A DNA stretch of 32,000 bases from Buchnera aphidicola (Neophyllaphis podocarpi) (GCF_964059055.1 NZ_OZ060386.1:527063-559062); one strand, 5' to 3'; positions 9,898-19,151 are shown, counted from the stretch's first letter. The notes: generated by a model from the letters alone, not told the origin. A program made the numbers and translations.

Positions 9898-10908
9898 TCA
9901 ACATCTATCAAAAGGAAAAGTGATAATATCTTGAATTTTTGTGCAATTAAAATATATCATCATTAGTCTATCCAATCCTAAAGCAACACCAGAACAAAAA
10001 GGCATATTTTTACTAGATAAAGCTTTTAAAAATAAATAATCTATTTTATGTTTTGGTAATCCTAATTTAGTTCTTCTATCATTATTTAATTTAAAGCGCT
10101 TTTTTTGTTCATTATGATTAGTTAATTCACAAAAACCATTTGCTAATTCTATTCCTTTAAAAAAAACTTCAAAACGATCAGCTACTCTTGAATCTTCATC
10201 ATTTATTTTAGCTAGTAAAGCCTGTTCTTTAGGAAAAAAATAAATAAATAGTAACTCAAATTCAGATAAATATGGTTGAATAGATACTGTAAATAATATT
10301 TCTAATAAATCACTTTTATTATAATTTTTATGTATTAAATGTTGTAAATTTTGATTTAAAATAATTTTATATAGTGTATTTTTCTTAATAGTTAAAGGAT
10401 TTATGTTTAAATATCTTAAAAAAATTTTTTTATAAGAAATAAAATCAATTTTTTTAAAATTTATAATTTTTTTTATAAATTTTTTGACTTCATATATCAA
10501 ATCATGCATATTGTAATTAGGATGATACCATTCCAACATAGAAAACTCAGGATTGTGATTATCACCATATTCTCCATTCCTAAAACTATGGCATATTTGA
10601 TATATAGGACCACTACCACATGCAAGTAACCTTTTCATATGATATTCAGGACTAGTAATCAAAAATAAGTTTTTTATAGAAATATTATTTGAGGATTTAT
10701 ATGTAGTATTAAACGATTCTAAATATATATCATTAGAAGAAAAATGACTAAGTATAGGAGTATCTACTTCTAAAACATTTATAGAACTGAAAAAATTTCT
10801 TATTTTTTTTATAATTAATGCTTTTTTAAATAAATTATCAATAGTTATTTTAGATTTCCATTTATTTTTATTCATATTTTGAAATAAAGTTTTAATGAAA
10901 AGTATCAT
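9898..10908 (-). CDS. epmA: EF-P lysine-34 beta-lysyltransferase (PoxA/GenX/YjeA)
   Basis: This class II lysyl-tRNA-synthetase-like protein has the blocks TSPEYHMKRLLACGSGPIYQICHSFRN, HNPEFSMLEWY, RFEVFFKGIELANGF and CSGVALGLDRL. By alignment with the E. coli EpmA N-terminus, the true start is more likely the internal ATG at 10875 (MNKNKWKS...). Confidence 0.92.
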   Translation of the reverse strand: MILFIKTLFQNMNKNKWKSKITIDNLFKKALIIKKIRNFFSSINVLEVDTPILSHFSSNDIYLESFNTTYKSSNNISIKNLFLITSPEYHMKRLLACGSGPIYQICHSFRNGEYGDNHNPEFSMLEWYHPNYNMHDLIYEVKKFIKKIINFKKIDFISYKKIFLRYLNINPLTIKKNTLYKIILNQNLQHLIHKNYNKSDLLEILFTVSIQPYLSEFELLFIYFFPKEQALLAKINDEDSRVADRFEVFFKGIELANGFCELTNHNEQKKRFKLNNDRRTKLGLPKHKIDYLFLKALSSKNMPFCSGVALGLDRLMMIYFNCTKIQDIITFPFDRC

Positions 10909-10989
10909 ATATTCTATATTATATCATGAATATTAAAAAATTAGTAAAATTGATATTGTTTTTAAAAAATAAAAATTTTAAAGGTATAT

Positions 10990-11487
10990 ATGAATAAATT
11001 AGCAATTTATCCAGGAACTTTTGATCCTATTACATATGGTCATATAGACATTATAAATAGAATATCAAAAATATTTCATAAAGTAATAATTGCAGTAATA
11101 AAAAATCCTAAAAAAAAATTAATGTTTAAAGCTTCTGAAAGGATAATATTAATAAAAAAATCAATTAAAAAAAACAAAAATATTAAGGTGTTAATTTTTA
11201 ATGATTTAATAATAAACTTTGCGATAAAAAATAAATCAAATATATTAATTAGAGGTATAAGAAATACTAATGATTTTAATAAAGAATATGATTTTGAAAA
11301 ATTCAATAAATTAATGAATAAAGATATAGAAGTGATATTTCTATTTTCATCTAAAAATTTATCTTTTTTATCCTCATCTTTAGTAAAAGAAATAGCTGCT
11401 TATAAAGGTAATTTAAAAAAATTTGTTCCTTTATGCGTACATCAAGCAATGAAAAAAAAAATAAAATTAACAAAAAATATTAATTAA
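10990..11487 (+). CDS. coaD: Phosphopantetheine adenylyltransferase
   Basis: The 165-aa ORF has the N-terminal signature AIYPGTFDPITYGHIDII, plus LIRGIR and SSSLVKEIA blocks. Confidence 0.93.
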   Translation: MNKLAIYPGTFDPITYGHIDIINRISKIFHKVIIAVIKNPKKKLMFKASERIILIKKSIKKNKNIKVLIFNDLIINFAIKNKSNILIRGIRNTNDFNKEYDFEKFNKLMNKDIEVIFLFSSKNLSFLSSSLVKEIAAYKGNLKKFVPLCVHQAMKKKIKLTKNIN

Positions 11488-11561
11488 TATAATATATAAA
11501 AAATCTATTTATTTTTATTATATAAATAATATAATCAATATATTGTAATTTTATATTAAAT

Positions 11562-12305
11562 ATGAAAATTATTTTTACAAAACCATTTAATAACAGATAC
11601 TATAATTTAGTAAAAAAACTAAACATTTCGAATATATACAAATCCAATATGGAATTAATTATAAAATCAGATTTTATATATATAAGATATAAAAATAAAC
11701 ATTCTAGTATATTTTTTATAGACTTTAATTCAAAAAAAATGAATTATAGATGCAATTTAGCTAACATAAAAAATGAATTAATAGCAAAATCAGTAGGTAT
11801 AAAAAATAAATACTTTCCTAAAATAATAGATGCAACAGCAGGATTAGGAAATGATTCATTTATATTATCTTATTTAGGATGTAAAGTTATCATGATAGAA
11901 AGAAATCCTATAATATATCTTTTATTAAGAAATGCTTTAGATAGAACTTATTCAAATACAACAACTTTAGGATGGACAAAAAAAAGATTGAGATTAATAT
12001 ATCAATCTAGTTTTGAAATATTTAAAAAAATAAAAAAAAAACCAGATGTAATATATTTAGATCCTATGTTTCCTATTAATAATAAAAAAAAATCTAAAAG
12101 TAAAAAAGAAATAGAATTACTAAAAAAAATAGTAGGAGAAGATAAAGATGCTGATACATTATTAAAATATGCAATATCTTTAGCAAGTACAAGAGTAGTT
12201 GTAAAAAGACCTCTTTATGCTTCTCCATTAAATAACATAAAAACATCATCATTTATTAAAACAGGTAATTATAGATTTGATATTTATTTTAATAGAAAAA
12301 AGTAG
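11562..12305 (+). CDS. rsmJ: 16S rRNA m2G1516 methyltransferase (YhiQ)
   Basis: The 247-aa ORF has blocks matching E. coli RsmJ: VGIKNKYFPKIIDATAGLGNDSF, MIERNP, VIYLDPMFP, RVVVKRP and YRFDIY. Confidence 0.88.
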   Translation: MKIIFTKPFNNRYYNLVKKLNISNIYKSNMELIIKSDFIYIRYKNKHSSIFFIDFNSKKMNYRCNLANIKNELIAKSVGIKNKYFPKIIDATAGLGNDSFILSYLGCKVIMIERNPIIYLLLRNALDRTYSNTTTLGWTKKRLRLIYQSSFEIFKKIKKKPDVIYLDPMFPINNKKKSKSKKEIELLKKIVGEDKDADTLLKYAISLASTRVVVKRPLYASPLNNIKTSSFIKTGNYRFDIYFNRKK

Positions 12306-12332
12306 TTTTATAATATGAATTATTTACATTAA

Positions 12333-12755
12333 TCATAAAGGTACAATTAACATATCTATAGGAACAGAGTTAATAAATTGACGTACATAAGAAATAAATT
12401 TACTCCAAAAGTCTTGATGATGTCCAAAAATTACTAAATCTATTTTGTGTATTTTTATAGATTTTATTAAAGATTTCACTAAATCTCCATTAGAATTTAT
12501 AATTTTATTAAATTTAAAGTTTGATTCTTTAATAAATCTAATGAGTTCGTTATAAATAAATTCTTTTTGATTTTTTTTTTCTATATTACTTATATTTACA
12601 TCTATGAGACCAGTATATAAATCAGAATAATTAATATTTACATGAATTAAAGAAATTTTAGCTTTATTAAGTTTAGCTATTAAAATAGCTTTAGAAATTA
12701 AAATTTTACTCTCAGGAGAAAGATCTATAGCTACTAAAATATGTTTATAAGACAT
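12333..12755 (-). CDS. uspA: Universal stress protein A
   Basis: The 140-aa ORF is collinear with E. coli UspA. It starts MSYKHILVAIDLSPESK, continues with SLIHVNINYSDLYTGLIDVN and FGHHQDFWSK, and ends DMLIVPL. Confidence 0.92.
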   Translation of the reverse strand: MSYKHILVAIDLSPESKILISKAILIAKLNKAKISLIHVNINYSDLYTGLIDVNISNIEKKNQKEFIYNELIRFIKESNFKFNKIINSNGDLVKSLIKSIKIHKIDLVIFGHHQDFWSKFISYVRQFINSVPIDMLIVPL

Positions 12756-12820
12756 TTTATTATATCCTTAAAAAATTATATATTATAAATAATACATATA
12801 TTAAAATAAATAATTTTTAT

Positions 12821-14308
12821 TTATATAAAATTTAAAACTAATAAATAAAATAAACTAGATAAAAACATAGAAATAGGTAAAGTAAATATCCAAGCAAGTA
12901 TAATATTTTTAACCATGATAAATTGAATACCAATTTTATCTGCTATCATAGTTCCAGCTACAGAAGAAGATAATATGTGTGTTGTAGAAACTGGTATTCC
13001 TGTATAACTAGCTACTCCTATAGAAATTGCAGCAGTCATTTGAGAAGCAATAGCCTGAGCATATGTCATATTTTTTTTACCTATTCTTGTACTGATTGTA
13101 TTAGATATTCTTTTCCAACCTATCATAGTTCCAATAGATAAAGAAAATGCTATTGATAATATAATCCATGTAGGAGCGTATTCTACTGTTTTTAATAAAT
13201 TTTTATTAGATATCATTAAAAAATGTCTATCTTCTAAACTAATATTAGACAATCTATAAATATGTTCATTCAAATCTGTAATACATAATAAAAACATTCT
13301 TAATTTTTTCTTTTGATTTAAATTTAATTTTTTATAATTTGATGATTTTTTAACTAAGTCATGAACATCATTAAAAATATATGATATTAAATAACAATTT
13401 TTAATTGTGTTTTTGTCTTTTTCTTTTTTAATATTTGTAATTAAAGGTTTAAGAATTTTTTTTTGAGATATAAATATTCTTTCATTTTTTAAATAATATT
13501 TTTTTAATTTTTTTATTGTTGTTTGCATTTTAATTATGTCATAATTTTTTAGATTTAAATCAACTAAAAAAAATGATGGAGATATTCCTATCAATACAAG
13601 CATAATTAATCCTATACCTTTTTGACCATCATTTGCACCATGAGAGTAACTAACTCCTATAGATGAAATTATAAGAGCTATTTTAGCTATTAAAGGTAAC
13701 GGTGCTTTATTTTTTTCTTTTTTATTTTTATAGGGGGTAGAATATATAATATTTAATTTATTTTTTATAAAATAATTAAGTAATATAATAAAAATTATTG
13801 ATATTAATAAACCAACTATTGGAGAAAATATTAAAGAAGATAATACATTAAATATTTGATTCAAGTTCATAGCATGTAATAATGAAGATTTTCTAATAAA
13901 GGTATCAGTTATGCTAATTCCGATTATAGAACCAATTAATGCATGAGAACTTGATGAAGGTAAACAAAAATACCATGTAAAAAGATTCCATGTTATTGCT
14001 GAAGATAATATAGAAAAAATAATAACTAAACCATTGATTGAATAAATTTCAATTAATAAATTTATAGGAAATAAATGTACAATAGTATATGCTACACTCA
14101 GACCTCCTAATAATACTCCTAAGAAATTAAATATTCCAGACATAATTACAGCTATATTAGATTTCATTGTTTTTGTATAAATTACTATAGCTACAGCATT
14201 TGCTGTATCATGAAATCCATTAATTGCTTCATAAAATAATACAAATAAAAATGCTATAATAAATATTAAGTCGTTATATAAATCTATACATTTAAACAAA
14301 TATATCAT
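12821..14308 (-). CDS. pitA: Low-affinity inorganic phosphate transporter
   Basis: The 495-aa polytopic membrane protein has an N-terminus matching E. coli PitA (FVLFYEAINGFHDTANAVA). The second PHO4 repeat motif GANDGQKG is also present. Confidence 0.93.
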   Translation of the reverse strand: MIYLFKCIDLYNDLIFIIAFLFVLFYEAINGFHDTANAVAIVIYTKTMKSNIAVIMSGIFNFLGVLLGGLSVAYTIVHLFPINLLIEIYSINGLVIIFSILSSAITWNLFTWYFCLPSSSSHALIGSIIGISITDTFIRKSSLLHAMNLNQIFNVLSSLIFSPIVGLLISIIFIILLNYFIKNKLNIIYSTPYKNKKEKNKAPLPLIAKIALIISSIGVSYSHGANDGQKGIGLIMLVLIGISPSFFLVDLNLKNYDIIKMQTTIKKLKKYYLKNERIFISQKKILKPLITNIKKEKDKNTIKNCYLISYIFNDVHDLVKKSSNYKKLNLNQKKKLRMFLLCITDLNEHIYRLSNISLEDRHFLMISNKNLLKTVEYAPTWIILSIAFSLSIGTMIGWKRISNTISTRIGKKNMTYAQAIASQMTAAISIGVASYTGIPVSTTHILSSSVAGTMIADKIGIQFIMVKNIILAWIFTLPISMFLSSLFYLLVLNFI

Positions 14309-14479
14309 AAGATTTAAGCCATTTTAAAATATGAACTCAACTTATTTATCATCTGTTACAAAATATTTTTTGTAAAAAACAAAAAAATAAATTTTATTAA
14401 ATAAAATTTCTATATGCTTAATATATAAATATTTTAGCAAGGTAATAAAAATTATTTAAGTTTGAATTTTATTTATTTT

Positions 14480-15763
14480 TTAATCATTAGAAGATAATTT
14501 TAATTTGTGAGCTAACAAAATTCCAATAGACAACATAAAAATAATAAAAATAGATATACCTAACCAATGCCAAGTAAACCAGAAAATACCACCAAAAGTT
14601 CCAAAGATACTAGAACCTAAATAATAAAAAAAAAGATATAAAGAAGAAGCTTGTCCTTTAGCTATTTTTACTCTATGACCTATCCAACTACTAGAAACAG
14701 AATGTGCAGCAAAAAATCCTGCAGAAAATAACATTAGTCCAGGTATAATAATTATTAAATTGTTAAATTCAGTAACTATTAAACCAGAAATCATAAGGAA
14801 TAGAGATCCTATAAGAACGTTACTTCTATGATATTTGTTAGTTAATATCCCTGCTTTAGGAGAACTATAAGTTCCAGTTAAATATACTACAGATAATAGT
14901 CCTATCATTGACTGATTTAATGAAAAAGGATAAGAAGTTAACCTATATCCAATATAATTAAATAAAGTTACAAAACTACCCATTAAAATAAATCCCATAA
15001 TAAATAATTTAGATAAATATTTATCATTTAAATGAACAAAAAAATTTGATATTAATGTATGAGAATTTAAAGTAATAGACTTAAAATTTTTAGAATTAGG
15101 TAATAACCATAAAAAAAATAAAGATGAAATAAAGGAAATTGAACCTATAATTAATAAAGCAATACTCCATGAAAATTTAGTAGATAAAATGCCAGCAATT
15201 AATCTTCCAGAAAATCCCCCTATTGCATTACCACTAATATATAAACCTATCGAAAAAGATAAAATACTTGGATGGATTTCTTCGCTTAAATAAGTCATAG
15301 CTACAGCAGCAACTCCGCTTAATGATAATCCAGTTAATGATCTCATTAATATAATTTCATTCCAACTAGTCATTTGACTACAAAAAATTGTAAATATAGA
15401 AGCTGAAATTAAAGAAAAAGACATTAATATTTTTCTACCAATAAAATCTGATAAAGGACCAGTTATCAACATTCCTATAGCCATCATTGCGGTTGCAGAT
15501 GATAATGATAAGCTACTTTGAGCAGGAGTTAAATTAAAATTTATTGAAAATACTGGTAACATTGGTTGTACACAATATAAAATAGCAAAAGTAGCTAACC
15601 CACCTGAAAATAATGCTAATAATACTTCATTGAATTTTTTTGTCCCTCTTTTTATATATTTTATTTTATTAATTTCATTTTTTATATTATTTTTAATAAT
15701 TTTTTCGGAAGATTTAAATAAATTTATTTTTTTTTGTATATTGTTCATTAATATTTTTTCCAT
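14480..15763 (-). CDS. ynfM: MFS transporter, YnfM family
   Basis: The 427-aa multi-TM protein has strong block matches to E. coli YnfM: GGLATFAILYCVQPMLPV, GLSLSGVAAVAMTYLSEEIHPS, MGSFVTLFNYIGYRL, FSAGFFAAHSVSSSWIG and KGQASSLYLFFYYLGSS. Confidence 0.85.
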   Translation of the reverse strand: MEKILMNNIQKKINLFKSSEKIIKNNIKNEINKIKYIKRGTKKFNEVLLALFSGGLATFAILYCVQPMLPVFSINFNLTPAQSSLSLSSATAMMAIGMLITGPLSDFIGRKILMSFSLISASIFTIFCSQMTSWNEIILMRSLTGLSLSGVAAVAMTYLSEEIHPSILSFSIGLYISGNAIGGFSGRLIAGILSTKFSWSIALLIIGSISFISSLFFLWLLPNSKNFKSITLNSHTLISNFFVHLNDKYLSKLFIMGFILMGSFVTLFNYIGYRLTSYPFSLNQSMIGLLSVVYLTGTYSSPKAGILTNKYHRSNVLIGSLFLMISGLIVTEFNNLIIIIPGLMLFSAGFFAAHSVSSSWIGHRVKIAKGQASSLYLFFYYLGSSIFGTFGGIFWFTWHWLGISIFIIFMLSIGILLAHKLKLSSND

Positions 15764-15840
15764 GAATGTATATTTTTAAATGTTATTATATAAATTTATT
15801 AAGCTTATATAAATTTAGAATTAACTTTAAAATTTTTACT

Positions 15841-16698
15841 CTAAAAATTTTTATTAATAAAATATCCATCAAAAATATGTGTAGCAGGTCCTGACATATA
15901 TATACACTCATTATTTTTATCTAAAAATATTTTTAATTTACCGCCAGGAAGTTCAACTGTAACTTTTTGATCCAATAAATTTTGGTTTATACCTACAGCA
16001 ACAGAAGCACATGCACCACTACCACATGCTTTAGTTTCTCCAACATCTCTCTCATAAACCCTTAACTTTATATATTTTTTATTTATTATTTCCATAAAAT
16101 TTACATTAACTTTATTTGGAAATTGTGAATGATTTTCAATTATAGGACCTATTTCTTCAATATTAGTTGTTAAAACGTCAGGTACTAATATAACACAATG
16201 AGGGTTACCTAAAGATACAATACCAAATTTTATATTTTTTGTTTTTATTTTTATACAATATTCTTTTTTATTTTTTCTTATTATGAAAGGTAAAGATTCT
16301 GGATTAAAATCAGGTTTACCCATATTTACTAATATTTTTTTATTATTTTTGATTTTTAAATGTAAAATTCTATTTTTTGTACTTACTATTATATTTTTTT
16401 TATTAGTTAATCTATTTGAATAGATAAATTTTGCAATGCATCTAGCTCCATTACCACATTGTGATACTTCCTCTCCATTAGAATTAAAAATTCTATAATT
16501 GAAGTCAATATCTTTGTTAAATGATTTTTCTATTAATAATAATTGATCAAAACCTATTCCTTTATTTCTATCAGATAAATTTTTAATTTTAATTTTAGAC
16601 ATTTTGATATTTTGATTAATATTATTAATAATCACAAAATCATTTCCTAATCCATGCATTTTAGAAAAAAAAACTTTTTTATTTAAAATATAATCCAT
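15841..16698 (-). CDS. dapF: Diaminopimelate epimerase
   Basis: The 285-aa ORF has FSKMHGLGNDFVII near the N-terminus and both catalytic cysteine motifs (SQCGNGARC and ETKACGSGACAS). Confidence 0.94.
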   Translation of the reverse strand: MDYILNKKVFFSKMHGLGNDFVIINNINQNIKMSKIKIKNLSDRNKGIGFDQLLLIEKSFNKDIDFNYRIFNSNGEEVSQCGNGARCIAKFIYSNRLTNKKNIIVSTKNRILHLKIKNNKKILVNMGKPDFNPESLPFIIRKNKKEYCIKIKTKNIKFGIVSLGNPHCVILVPDVLTTNIEEIGPIIENHSQFPNKVNVNFMEIINKKYIKLRVYERDVGETKACGSGACASVAVGINQNLLDQKVTVELPGGKLKIFLDKNNECIYMSGPATHIFDGYFINKNF

Positions 16699-16842
16699 AA
16701 CAGTCTCTAAAAATTATTTATATAAATTTTTACTTATTTAGTATATTAATACAAAGAATATAATATTAAAATATAATTTTAAATTTTAAATTAAATTTTA
16801 ATTATTAAGTAATTTAATAATATAAAAACAGCAAGAGATAAT

Positions 16843-17160
16843 ATGAACGATTTAGAATTTTATAATATTACTAATAGTTTAATGCTTTCTATAGAAAATA
16901 AAATAGATGAGTATAATAATAAAATAGATATTGAATGTGAAATTAACAATGATGTGATGTATATAAGTTTTAAAAATAACAGTAAAATTATTATTAATAG
17001 ACAAAAATTTTTAAAACAAATCTGGTTAGCTACTCAGATTAATGGCTATCATTTCAATTATTTAAATAAATGTTGGATATGTAATCGTACGGGATTAAAT
17101 TTTTGGAAGATATTAGAAATTTCTTGTTCTAGTCAATCAGGTTATAAAATAATATTTTAA
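16843..17160 (+). CDS. cyaY: Frataxin homologue CyaY (iron-sulfur cluster assembly)
   Basis: The 105-aa ORF is collinear with E. coli CyaY (MNDxEF, DIECEIN, SKIIINRQ, QIWLAT, GYHF). It is divergent from dapF, as in E. coli. Confidence 0.92.
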   Translation: MNDLEFYNITNSLMLSIENKIDEYNNKIDIECEINNDVMYISFKNNSKIIINRQKFLKQIWLATQINGYHFNYLNKCWICNRTGLNFWKILEISCSSQSGYKIIF

Positions 17161-17263
17161 TTCTTTAATTTAATCATTATAATTTTATATAAGCATAATT
17201 TAATATTTTTTAAATAATATTTTTATTTTATTATTTTAAATAATTTAAACATTTTAAATTTTT

Positions 17264-17337
17264 TCGGCGAAAGAGGATTTGAACCTCTGACCTACTGGTC
17301 CCAAACCAGTTGCGCTACCAAGCTGCGCTATTCGCCG
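17264..17337 (-). tRNA. tRNA-Pro (anticodon UGG)
   Basis: I folded the reverse complement by hand as cggcgaa-ta-gcgc-agcttggta-gcgc-a-actgg-ttTGGga-ccagt-aggtc-agagg-ttcaaat-cctct-ttcgccg-a. It is collinear with E. coli proM. CCA is not encoded. Confidence 0.93.
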
Positions 17338-17405
17338 ATGTATAAATATAAACTATTTGTTAATTTTTACAAATTAATACATTTTTTAAAGAATATAAAA
17401 ATTTG

Positions 17406-17479
17406 GGTGGTTAATGGGATTTGAACCCATGACCACTGGAACCACAATCCAGAGCTCTACCTACTGAGCTATAACCACC
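17406..17479 (-). tRNA. tRNA-His (anticodon GUG, with the extra G at position -1)
   Basis: The reverse complement folds as g-gtggtta-ta-gctc-agtaggta-gagc-t-ctgga-ttGTGgt-tccag-tggtc-atggg-ttcaaat-cccat-taaccac-c. G-1 pairs with C73, which is characteristic of tRNA-His. CCA is not encoded (caa follows). Confidence 0.93.
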
Positions 17480-17547
17480 GTTATTTTATAAGATATATTA
17501 TCTGATGTAATTTTTATGAATAAAATATGATATTTTTATTTTATTTA

Positions 17548-17622
17548 TGCGTCTGACAGGATTTGAACCTGTTACCTTTGCCTTCGGAAGACAATGCTCT
17601 ATCCCTTTTAAGCTACAGACGC
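17548..17622 (-). tRNA. tRNA-Arg (anticodon CCG)
   Basis: The reverse complement folds as gcgtctg-ta-gctt-aaaagggata-gagc-a-ttgtc-ttCCGaa-ggcaa-aggta-acagg-ttcaaat-cctgt-cagacgc-a. It is collinear with E. coli argX. CCA is not encoded. Confidence 0.9.
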
Positions 17623-17714
17623 TTATATCAAAAATTAATCTTATTTTTAAGTATAAGAATTATTAATTCTACTCTATTTTTATTTAAAAGTATATATTTT
17701 ATATTAAAAATTTA

Positions 17715-17966
17715 ATGGAATTTCTCATTAATAAATTAGCCATGACAAAAACTAATAATGAATTTTTTGATATGATGAAAAGATCGTAAAATATATTTAC
17801 TAATTATTAGCTAAGTTTATAAATAATAAAATCACCTGAATTCAGGTGATTTTATTATTTATAAACTTAGCTAATAATTAGTAAATATATTTTACGATCT
17901 TTTCATCATATCAAAAAATTCATTATTAGTTTTTGTCATGGCTAATTTATTAATGAGAAATTCCAT
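17715..17966. repeat. Perfect 252-bp palindrome (two 126-bp arms, no spacer) spanning the rho 3' end and its downstream flank
   Basis: I verified the arms block by block. Positions 17715..17840 are the exact reverse complement of 17841..17966, and the centre is cacctgaa|ttcaggtg. The right arm consists of the 51-nt rho 3' flank plus the last 24 codons and stop of rho (17892..17966). The left arm is an inverted copy. The symmetry breaks on both sides at 17714/17967. Confidence 0.97.
17828..17853 (-). terminator. Core intrinsic-terminator-like hairpin at the palindrome centre (candidate rho terminator, symmetric and so bidirectional)
   Basis: The sequence aaaatcacctgaa|ttcaggtgatttt holds the only G/C-containing pairs of the palindrome (cacctg/caggtg). 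It is flanked by a T-rich run (ttttattattt) on either strand and lies 39 nt downstream of the rho stop codon. Confidence 0.6.
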
Positions 17967-19151
17967 AGCATCTATTTCAGTCATGGGATGAATAATTTTC
18001 CTTAAAATCCACATTTTTTGTAATTCTTCATGAGAAGTTAGTAATTCCTCTTTACGGGTACCAGATCTATTATAATCAATAGCAGGAAAAACTCTCTTTT
18101 CAGCTATTTTCCTAGATAAAGGTAATTCCATATTACCTGTACCTTTAAACTCCTCATAAATCACCTCATCCATCTTAGAACCAGTATCAATTAAAGCAGT
18201 AGCTATTATAGTTAAACTACCTCCTTCTTCAACATTACGAGCAGCACCAAAAAAACGTTTAGGTCTGTGTAAAGCATTGGCATCTACTCCTCCTGTCAAA
18301 ACTTTACCAGAAGCAGGTACAACAGTATTATAAGCTCTAGCAAGTCTAGTAATAGAATCAAGCAAAATAATTACATCTTTCTTATGTTCAACTAATCTCT
18401 TAGCTTTTTCGATAACCATTTCAGCTACCTGAACATGTCTAGAAGCAGGTTCATCAAAAGTAGAAGCAACAACTTCTCCTTTTACTAACCTTTGCATTTC
18501 AGTAACTTCTTCAGGTCTTTCATCTATTAAGAGAACCATAAGAACACAATCAGAATGATTATAAGCTATGCTTTGAGCAATATTTTGTAATAAAATCGTT
18601 TTACCAGCTTTGGGAGGAGCAACTATTAATCCTCTTTGACCTCTACCTATGGGAGAAGCTAAATCTAAAACTCTTGCAGTTAAATCTTCAGTAGAACCAT
18701 TACCTCTTTCCATTCTTAATCTACAATTTGCATGCAAAGGTGTTAAATTCTCAAATAAAATTTTACTGCGTGCATTTTCAGGTTTATCATAATTAACTTT
18801 ATTTACTTTAAGTAAGGCAAAATATCTTTCTCCTTCTTTTGGAGGACGTATTTTACCAGCTATTGTATCACCTGTCCTTAAATTAAATCTTCTTATTTGA
18901 CTAGGTGAAACGTATATATCATCTGGACCAGCAAGATAAGAACTATCTGAAGAACGAAGAAAACCAAATCCATCTTGTAAAATTTCTAATACACCGTCTC
19001 CAAATATATCTTCACCGCTTTTTGAATGTTGTTTTAAAATAGAAAAAATAATATCTTGTTTACGCATACGTGCTAAATTTTCTAGACCCATTTTATTGCC
19101 AAGTATAATTAATTCAGAAACAGGAGTATTTTTAAGTTCGGTAAGATTCAT
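17892..19151 (-). CDS. rho: Transcription termination factor Rho
   Basis: The 419-aa ORF is very highly conserved against E. coli Rho. It starts [15 protein letters not shown] and contains GFGFLRS, Walker A (APPKAGKT), [12 protein letters not shown] and RKEELL. Its last 25 codons form part of the 252-bp palindrome. Confidence 0.98.
   Translation of the reverse strand: MNLTELKNTPVSELIILGNKMGLENLARMRKQDIIFSILKQHSKSGEDIFGDGVLEILQDGFGFLRSSDSSYLAGPDDIYVSPSQIRRFNLRTGDTIAGKIRPPKEGERYFALLKVNKVNYDKPENARSKILFENLTPLHANCRLRMERGNGSTEDLTARVLDLASPIGRGQRGLIVAPPKAGKTILLQNIAQSIAYNHSDCVLMVLLIDERPEEVTEMQRLVKGEVVASTFDEPASRHVQVAEMVIEKAKRLVEHKKDVIILLDSITRLARAYNTVVPASGKVLTGGVDANALHRPKRFFGAARNVEEGGSLTIIATALIDTGSKMDEVIYEEFKGTGNMELPLSRKIAEKRVFPAIDYNRSGTRKEELLTSHEELQKMWILRKIIHPMTEIDAMEFLINKLAMTKTNNEFFDMMKRS

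Noticed and set aside
11076-11306. 76-aa ORF antisense to coaD
   Set aside because: It is a shadow ORF inside a confident CDS.
14356-14375. 8-bp hairpin ttacaaaa-tatt-ttttgtaa in the pitA-ynfM spacer
   Set aside because: It is short and AT-rich. On the transcribed (minus) strand the T-run precedes the stem instead of following it, so it does not fit an intrinsic terminator.
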